A program made the translations under genes and the position numbers. Shown here one piece after another: positions 57,172-64,000 of a stretch of DNA of 64,000 nucleotides (positions are counted from its first letter, which is position 1; the number at the start of each line of letters is the position of its first letter). Under the pieces are notes generated by a model. The model ran no database searches. It was not told the DNA's origin and worked only from the letters and a program-made list of their open reading frames with translations. The DNA is from an uncultured Chloroflexia bacterium (lineage in GTDB: Bacteria; Chloroflexota; Chloroflexia; Thermomicrobiales; UBA6265): positions 416,001 to 480,000 of the forward strand of contig CAVRUC010000013.1 of assembly GCA_963724295.1 (NCBI GenBank). Direction: 5' to 3'.

Positions 57172-58254
57172 ATGCCGGCGTCGGGCGGTCGGCGCGCCGA
57201 CTCGCATGGGGCGCGGGCCGCGGTCATGTGGGCGCTGGTAACGATCGGCCTGCTAGCCGGCGCGGCGCAAATCGACCCATCACCGGCGGCGGCTCAAGAC
57301 ACGACGCCGGTCGCCTCGCCTCCCGCCAGCACCGGGCCGACCCCGACCGACGCACCCGGGCCGCTGCAGGTGACAGTGGGGCTCTACCTGGTCGAGATCC
57401 ACGGGCTCGATCAGGAGGAAAGCACCTACCACGCCGACTTTTACCTGTGGATGCGCTGGCGCGGTGAACCCGACCCGACGCCGACGATCGAGCTCTTCAA
57501 CAACGTCCAGCGGTGGTCGCTGACGATGCGGCAGATCTTTCCCGAACCGGTTGCGTTGCCCAGCGGCGAGCGGCTGCAGCAGTTCCATGTCGAGGGAGCG
57601 TTTTTCGAGCCGCTCGTCCTAACGGACTACCCACTCGACAAGCACGCGTTGACCGTCAAGATCGAGGACTCGACGTGGACCCGCGACCAATTGGTCTACG
57701 TCCCGGACACCGAGCAGTCCAACATCAGTCCCGAGGTCCGCCTCCCCGGCTGGTCCATCACCGGCTGGGACCTGGCCGAGCACGGGTTCCTGTACGAGAC
57801 GGACTACGGCGACAACAGCGCGGCCGCGCCGGAGTTCTCGCGGTTCGAATTCGCCCTGCGGATCGAGCGGCCGGAGAGCTTTTTCCGCTGGAAGCTGCTG
57901 CTGCCGCTGCTGATCGTGCTCGTCCTCGGCTGCAGCGTGCTGGTCGTCCACCCGACCTACGCCGAGGTGCGGCTGGCCGGGCCGGCGACGGCGCTGCTGA
58001 CGCTGGTCTTCCTGCAGCAGGGCTACTCGGAGACGCTCCCCGAAACCGGCGGCCTGGTCCTGCTCGACAGGATCTACGTCCTGGCGTACGCCGTCGTGCT
58101 CGGCCTGATCGGGGTGACGATCCTCACCTCCCACTGGATGCGGGAGGGGGCGGAGCAGGCGATCCGCGCCCAGCGGCTCGACCGCATGGCGGCGGTCGGC
58201 CTGTTCGTGATGTTCTTGGTAGGCACGGTCATCCTGCTGATCCCCGTGCCGTGA
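57172..58254 (+). CDS. Prokaryotic pentameric ligand-gated ion channel homologue (GLIC/ELIC-like)
   Basis: Signal peptide; VTVGLYL..I..LD...ADFYLWMRW, YPLD (Pro-loop), LPGW, IER..F..KLLLP (pre-M1/M1), LP..GG...LD (M2-M3); 4 TMs. Confidence 0.8.
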   Translation: MPASGGRRADSHGARAAVMWALVTIGLLAGAAQIDPSPAAAQDTTPVASPPASTGPTPTDAPGPLQVTVGLYLVEIHGLDQEESTYHADFYLWMRWRGEPDPTPTIELFNNVQRWSLTMRQIFPEPVALPSGERLQQFHVEGAFFEPLVLTDYPLDKHALTVKIEDSTWTRDQLVYVPDTEQSNISPEVRLPGWSITGWDLAEHGFLYETDYGDNSAAAPEFSRFEFALRIERPESFFRWKLLLPLLIVLVLGCSVLVVHPTYAEVRLAGPATALLTLVFLQQGYSETLPETGGLVLLDRIYVLAYAVVLGLIGVTILTSHWMREGAEQAIRAQRLDRMAAVGLFVMFLVGTVILLIPVP

Positions 58255-58570
58255 CACCGGAGCTCGCCTGTGCCACGTTATCGCTACCCCTTTGAGAGGT
58301 CTCGAAAACGGACCGCCCGTTGCAGGTTGCGCATAGAGCAGGCAGACGGCCCGCCGAGCGACAGGGCATGGGCTACGACAGAATGCACCGGAGACCGACG
58401 ATGAAGAGCGTTGAAGATGACAGCCCAAGTCTTGTCAAACACGAGCTCGGTTCGAGTGGGTCAGTGCCCACGCAGCACTTCGCGAGCTGGGCGCGGATCG
58501 CGTTTCGGCCGCGGGCAGTGCGGCGTCTCGACTTCCGGACGGACCTGCCTGGCGCCTGGACGGCACTGAG

Positions 58571-58870
58571 ATGAGCGAGGCGCCGAAGGACACACCGGTC
58601 AGGGGCGTAGCGTTCACCGACGTCGGCGGTGATGGCCTGGCAGCCGCGGTCCGACCGGTCACCGCGGAATCCCCTGCGGAGGGTGTCCGGCGGCTCCCGG
58701 GCCTGACGGTCCTGCAGGATCTGATCGAGCTGGAGGATAATTGCCTGGGTCACCAAGGCGCAGGACGGCAAGATGCAGCTCCATCAGGGCGCCAGCTTGA
58801 CCGGGGTCACCGCTGGCGGTACATTCTGGGGCTTCCTCTTCGGCTTGCTTTTCCTCGTGCCGCTCGACGG
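58571..58870 (+). pseudogene. Chimeric relic: SulP 5' end fused to an internal DUF1269 fragment
   Basis: 58571-58720 parallels 61280-61430; 58721-58865 is near-identical to 60799-60945 with a frameshift. Confidence 0.7.
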
Positions 58871-59091
58871 GATGGCGGTGGGAGCGGATATCCGGAGGAT
58901 GCAAGCGGCGAGGACATCCCTCGGTCTTCTGGGCGACGGCACCCGCATGATGGTCGTCGGCGAGGGCGATCCCGACACTGACACCGAGTGATGCCGGCCT
59001 CGGGCAGCGTAACGAACGACGGTCAGCTTCGGGAGTGGCCAAGCAGTCGGTCGATGACCGTCGACGACGGCAGCACAAGGGGAGGCGTGCA

Positions 59092-59823
59092 ATGACAGTC
59101 AGCTCCGTGCTGGGAAACGCGCGAACACCGCGGTGGCTGGCGTGCCTCCTCGTGGTGGCCCTCGTCGCCATCGGGATACCCACGCCATCATCGGCGGCCG
59201 ACGAGGCGCAGGCGCTGCTTGCGGCATCGGCCACGGCGATGGGGACCCTCCAGTCGTTCCACTTCGTCATCACGATCCAGAACGGGGAACTCATCATCCT
59301 CGACCGTCTGCAAGTGACGCGCGTGGAAGGAGACGTCGAGCAACCACACACCCTCCAGGTTTCGGTCAACGGCAAAGTTAAGGTGCTGCCGGTGAGCGCG
59401 AACGTGATCATCATCGGCGACGAGGTGTGGGCAGCCGTCTCGCCCAGGGAAGATAACTACGCCAAGATTGAACCGGATCGGGTGGAGAAACTCCAGTTGG
59501 AGACCGCGTTCGATCCGACGACCGTGCTGCTCAAGGCCATCGAGTACGTCGACACTCCGGTCATTACCGGAACCGAAGACCTCAATGGCGTGCCGACGAC
59601 CGTCGTCGAGGGCACGGTCGACTTGGTCAAAGCCACCTCCGGCACGCCGACGGCCGGTCTGGCGCCGCAGCCGGTGCAGGTCAAGATCTGGGTGGACAAC
59701 GCGAATCTCGTCCAGCGCCTGCAGACGATCGGCCCGCTGTTAGCGGGGCAACCTGAAGGCATCGTGCATCAACTCGATCTCTCCAAGTTCAACGAACCGG
59801 TCCACATCGTCGCCCCGTCCTAA
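59092..59823 (+). CDS. LppX/LprAFG-like secreted lipid-binding protein
   Basis: Signal peptide; LQSFHF, GTEDLNG.PT, VKIWVD, LSKFNEPV.I.AP. Confidence 0.75.
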   Translation: MTVSSVLGNARTPRWLACLLVVALVAIGIPTPSSAADEAQALLAASATAMGTLQSFHFVITIQNGELIILDRLQVTRVEGDVEQPHTLQVSVNGKVKVLPVSANVIIIGDEVWAAVSPREDNYAKIEPDRVEKLQLETAFDPTTVLLKAIEYVDTPVITGTEDLNGVPTTVVEGTVDLVKATSGTPTAGLAPQPVQVKIWVDNANLVQRLQTIGPLLAGQPEGIVHQLDLSKFNEPVHIVAPS

Positions 59824-60079
59824 GCGCGTCGTTTGTGTGCTGCCAGAACGGCGCCGCATCGCGCCAGCCACCGGGGAGCCGCGCCCGGACCGGTGCCGTG
59901 AGGTCTTGGTTTGGCCACCCGTGCCCATGAGCAGCCGGGCCACTGCCGACGGATGAAAAGCTCAACTTCTCACACGGTCAAGCAGGCTCGTTCTAGAGCA
60001 CGCTCTCGGCTCGACATTTGCCATTTAGGGAGAGGGATAGGAGGGTCAGCTCGGCGCCACTCTGCCAGGACGAGCGAGG

Positions 60080-60370
60080 ATGCCGCCCCTTCCCGCCCCG
60101 ATGCGAACCGTCGTTCGCGCCCGCGCGGCGCTCTTCTCCGCCCGTCTCTGGAGCCACGCGCAGGTGCTGGTGATGGGGACGACGCTGGCCCCGGCGCAGC
60201 GCACCGTTGCCGCGACTGTACGCCTGACCAGCTTGGCCCAAATGCGGCAGGTGCACCGCTCTCACTGCGTGCTCAGCCGCGTTGTAAGGTCCCAGTGCCC
60301 CGTCGGCCGCGTGCGTTTCGGGTTGCTGGTCACCGCCTTTGCGCCGACCGGGCCGCTAGGGTGGTCTCGA
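60080..60370 (+). mobile_element. Degenerate IS701-like transposase N-terminal remnant
   Basis: LP..M.......ALFS.R.W.H.QVLV.G..LAP..RTVAA..R...L....H.VLSR...GLLV.AF.P.GPL; no DDE domain follows. Confidence 0.65.
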
Positions 60371-60711
60371 TGGCCCACGCATTGGCCGTCGATCCGAGCC
60401 AATTCGTCAGCTGCGAGAAGAATGGCCTGACAATGTAGACAGTGGCCGAGGCGGCGCCCCAGTCTCGGCACCCTCTCGAGGGCCAAGCGCGGCGTAAGGC
60501 GAATACGCCATTCGGCGGTGTCCACTACGACCTGCTCGTTGCCAAAATGGTGCCCTCCAATTGACCCGATCGCAATCGTCAGGGTCTGGGTCGTCATGTG
60601 CTGGGTGAACGGCGCTTTCCCCCGCACGGACCACGCCGGTTGTGGAAACGAGGAGGCGATCGCCTCTGGGCGGCCGCTCGTCGGCACAGTGCCCGAAAGG
60701 AGTTGGATGTC

Positions 60712-61275
60712 ATGAGCACCCTGGCCGTCATCGCGTATCCCGATCAGGGCTCGGCCGGGGAGGCCGCAGCGGCACTCAATCAGAGGCAGACGGAGTTCCT
60801 GATCGAGCTGGAGGACGTCGCCTGGGTCACCAAGGCGCAGGACGGCAAGATGCAGCTCCATCAGGGCACGTATCTGGCCGGCGCCGACGCCGCGACGGGG
60901 ACAATGTGGGATTTCCTGTTCGGCTTGCTCTTCCTCGTGCCCATCTTTGGGACGGCCAGCGGCGCCGGCGCCGGAAAGCTCAGCGACTACGGCATCGACG
61001 AGACGTGGATCCATCAGGCGGCAGGCGCGATCCCGTTTGGTGGATCTGCACTCTTTGTCATGGCCCGCAACAGCAATGCGGTGCGGGCGGTGCCGGAGAT
61101 GGCCAAGTTCGACGGCAGGATGTTCCGGAGATTCCTCACGTCAAGGCAGCAGCAGGCACTTGAAAACGCGGCTCGGCCGATCGGGCAAATCGGGACCGCC
61201 GCACCCACGCAAGGGGTGATCCAGCTGTTCCGGTCGGACCGACCGACGCACCTTGCCAACGACGCCATGCGATGA
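60712..61275 (+). CDS. DUF1269 domain membrane protein
   Basis: MSTLAVIAY, LIELED, W.FLFGLLFLVP, LSDYGID, GGSALF. Confidence 0.85.
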   Translation: MSTLAVIAYPDQGSAGEAAAALNQRQTEFLIELEDVAWVTKAQDGKMQLHQGTYLAGADAATGTMWDFLFGLLFLVPIFGTASGAGAGKLSDYGIDETWIHQAAGAIPFGGSALFVMARNSNAVRAVPEMAKFDGRMFRRFLTSRQQQALENAARPIGQIGTAAPTQGVIQLFRSDRPTHLANDAMR

Positions 61276-61279
61276 CTCG

Positions 61280-63124
61280 GTGACCGAGACGCCGAAAGAC
61301 GCGACTGGCAAAGAAACCGTGCTCACCGGCTTCAGCGGTGATGGCGCGGTGGCCCTCGCCCAACCGACAACCGCGGAGACCGCCGCGAGGGGAAGCCTGC
61401 GGTGGCTCCCGGGCCTGAAGGTTCTGCAGGAGTATCGGCGCGAGTGGCTCAACCAGGACGTCTTCGCCGGACTCGTCCTGACGGCGGTCCTGGTTCCGGT
61501 CGGTATGGCCTACGCCGAGGCAGCGGGGCTGCCGCCGATCGCCGGTCTCTACGCCACGCTGGTCCCGCTGATCGCCTATGCCCTTTTCGGGCCGAGCCGC
61601 ATCCTCGTCCTCGGCCCGGATTCCTCGCTGGCGGGGATTATCGCGGCGGTGGTGTTGCCACTGGCCGCCGGAGATCCGGCACGGGCGCTCGCCCTCGCCG
61701 GGATGCTCTCGATCCTCACGGGTCTCATCTGCTTGCTGGCGGGCATCCTCAAACTCGGTTTTATTACAGACCTACTTTCGAAGCCGGTGCGCTACGGCTA
61801 TGTTAACGGCATCGCCCTGACCGTGATCCTCGGACAATTGCCGAAGTTGTTCGGGTTCTCCATTGATGCGACCGGCTTGATTCCCGAGGCCCAGGCCTTC
61901 ATCGCCGGAGTGCGCAACGGTCAAACGAACCAGACCGCGCTGCTGATCGGGGTCGCCTCCCTGGTGATCATCCTCGGGTGCAAACGTTGGTTGCCGCAGG
62001 TGCCAGGGGTGTTGGTCGCGGTCGTTGGCGCCACGGTTGCCGTCGGTGTCTTCGACCTGGCGGAGCGCGCCGGCCTGTCTGTCGTCGGCGTCCTGCCGCA
62101 GGGCTTGCCGCCCTTCGCGATTCCATCCGTTTCGGCGTCCGACGTCGGCGCCCTCGTGATTGGCGCGATCGGCATTGCGATCGTCGCCTTTGCCGATACG
62201 AGTGTGCTTTCGCGCACCTTTGCCCTCCGGGGTGGCTACGAGGTGGATCCTAATCAGGAACTGGTCGCACTGGGCGCGGCCAACATCGCCTCGGGTCTTT
62301 TCCAGGGGTTTGCAATCAGCAGCAGTTCGTCACGTACCCCGGTGGCGGCCGAGGCCGGCGCGAAGACGCAAGTCACGGGGTTAGTGGGGGCGGGCGCGAT
62401 CGTCGTGCTGCTCGTCGCCTTCCCCGGCCTGGTCAAGAATCTGCCCTCGGCCGCCCTTGCCGCGGTCGTAATCGCCGCGGCATTGAGCTTGATCGAGATT
62501 GTCGGCGTCCGCGGGCTTTTCGAACTCCGCCGGTCGGAGTTCGTGTTGTCGATGATCTGCTTCCTTGGCGTCGCGCTGGCTGGCGTCATCCCCGGGATCT
62601 TCATCGCCGTGAGCGTCGCGCTGCTCAGCTTCATCCAGCGGGCGTGGCGCCCGTACGACGCGGTGCTCGGGCGGATCGATGGCCTGGATGGCTACCACGA
62701 CGTGGCACGTCACCCCGATGCGCAACGCCTTCCCGGCCTGGTGCTCTTCCGCTGGGACGCGCCGCTTTTCTTCGCCAATGCGGGAATCTTCCAGGATCAT
62801 GTCAAGCACGCCATCCGGGAGTCACCCTACCCGGTGCGGTGGGTCGTCGTGACCGCCGAGCCGATCACCGACATCGATACGACCGCCGCCGACGCGGTCG
62901 GGGAACTGCTCGAGAACCTGGCCGGCGAAGGGATCCGGCTCTGCTTCGCGGAGATGAAGGGTCCGGTCAAGGATCAACTCAAGCGGTACGGGCTGTTCGA
63001 GGCAATTGGACCGGACTCCATCTTCCCGACGATTGAGTCAGCCGTTCGCGGCTACGTCGCGGAGACCCGGGTGGAGTGGGCTGAGCAGAACGATGCTCGT
63101 GGCGCGGTAGCAACCAGCCGATGA
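61280..63124 (+). CDS. SulP/SLC26 anion permease with STAS domain
   Basis: D..AG..L..VLVP.GMAYA, GLYA, GPDS, NQEL.ALG..N, SSRT, DAPLFFAN, DIDTT. Confidence 0.93.
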   Translation: MTETPKDATGKETVLTGFSGDGAVALAQPTTAETAARGSLRWLPGLKVLQEYRREWLNQDVFAGLVLTAVLVPVGMAYAEAAGLPPIAGLYATLVPLIAYALFGPSRILVLGPDSSLAGIIAAVVLPLAAGDPARALALAGMLSILTGLICLLAGILKLGFITDLLSKPVRYGYVNGIALTVILGQLPKLFGFSIDATGLIPEAQAFIAGVRNGQTNQTALLIGVASLVIILGCKRWLPQVPGVLVAVVGATVAVGVFDLAERAGLSVVGVLPQGLPPFAIPSVSASDVGALVIGAIGIAIVAFADTSVLSRTFALRGGYEVDPNQELVALGAANIASGLFQGFAISSSSSRTPVAAEAGAKTQVTGLVGAGAIVVLLVAFPGLVKNLPSAALAAVVIAAALSLIEIVGVRGLFELRRSEFVLSMICFLGVALAGVIPGIFIAVSVALLSFIQRAWRPYDAVLGRIDGLDGYHDVARHPDAQRLPGLVLFRWDAPLFFANAGIFQDHVKHAIRESPYPVRWVVVTAEPITDIDTTAADAVGELLENLAGEGIRLCFAEMKGPVKDQLKRYGLFEAIGPDSIFPTIESAVRGYVAETRVEWAEQNDARGAVATSR

Positions 63125-63310
63125 CTCGTGTTGCCACATCACCGACACGGCCCATTTGGGTGCTCATCTTCTGATCCCAGGCACGCTGGGGGCGGACCTA
63201 CTCGGGCGGTGAGGTCAGCACTGCGAGTGGGAATGCGTTGCATCCCCGCCTTGAACACTGAGGTAATCCCCGGTGAGCCCACGCTCTTGCTGCCTGCGGA
63301 GGATGAGCCC

Positions 63311-63829
63311 TCAGCGATCGTCGTTGCCAGTCGTGGCCGCTCTCTGGGTCGCCTGATCGAGCCGCGCTTGGAACCCGGCGAGTTGGTCGGACGAGAGGTC
63401 TGCGCTGTGGACCGTCCCGCCGAATCGGGCTAGATCGGCGCCCGCCCTGGTGGTGTCGGCCCCTTCGTCGAAGAGCACGATGATCGCCGACCCGCCGGAC
63501 TCCAGATCCGCCTCGATGGAGGTCACGAACCGGGCGTCGAGGCCGGACTCGCGTTGCTTGGCCTTGCGGATGCCGATCAGGGCACCCGCGGCGAGCCCGA
63601 CAACCGGGACCGCGAAGAGCGCGCCGACCAGAAGCCCCAACCCGCCTCCCAGGGCCGCCTTCCCCGCCACTGGATGCCAGGGGTGCACCGCGAGCTCCCC
63701 GTTCTCGTTGCGAATCCAACACGCATCCTTGACGCGGATCTGGTGATCGAGATGGGACCAGTCCACCGACTCCATCGCCTGCTTGGCCTGGTTCGGGTCG
63801 GGATAGGTAATCGCCAGAAGCGTTGCCAT
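63311..63829 (-). CDS. DUF1269 domain membrane protein
   Basis: MATLLAITY, DA, glycine-zipper GGGLGLLVGALF.VP..GLAAGA, GLDARF, GGSA. Confidence 0.82.
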   Translation of the reverse strand: MATLLAITYPDPNQAKQAMESVDWSHLDHQIRVKDACWIRNENGELAVHPWHPVAGKAALGGGLGLLVGALFAVPVVGLAAGALIGIRKAKQRESGLDARFVTSIEADLESGGSAIIVLFDEGADTTRAGADLARFGGTVHSADLSSDQLAGFQARLDQATQRAATTGNDDR

Positions 63830-64000
63830 CGGGAATCTCCTTCACGCGCGTGAGTGCACGAACGCAACCGAGAGCGTTTTGTCATCCTGGCTTTATACCA
63901 ATACGGCCGCACTTTTAGTCCGGTTTTCTCGGCTGTTTCACGGTTCGGGTCGGTGCCGATAGTGGGCGTTAGCTCTGTGTCGCCTTGCGTCGCAGAAGAG

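Overview
High-GC bacterial chromosomal window. The style is consistent with Chloroflexota (Thermomicrobiales-like): Tat leaders of the 'MDxxRFDxL..SRR' type, 'QxATP' secreted proteins, and short-tandem-repeat spacers. This taxonomy is inference. About 55 CDS are present: catabolic enzymes, ABC transport genes, a multi-PAS histidine kinase, Csp/IF-1, topoisomerase IB, SodC, a lipid-linked glycosylation cluster, a MalT-like regulator, a pentameric ligand-gated ion channel homologue, SulP/DUF1269 genes and IS remnants. The main hidden signal is two genes that the ORF track cuts at an in-frame TGA lying exactly at a redox-active cysteine position, each followed by a SECIS-like hairpin. One is a deiodinase-like thioredoxin-fold protein (FGSLT-U-PFC, 13569-14318) translationally coupled to a flavoprotein disulfide reductase. 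The other is a DsrE-family protein (IFV-U-GGC, 45201-44836). Both are predicted selenoproteins. A second notable system is a family of three Tat-type, extremely Cys-rich modular proteins with knottin-like spacing, two of them in a tandemly duplicated two-gene cassette. Several single-base +1 frameshifts (about 24654, 36264, 37869) look like assembly indels, and one of them creates a false Kelch-molybdoenzyme fusion. No rRNA, tRNA or CRISPR array was recognised.
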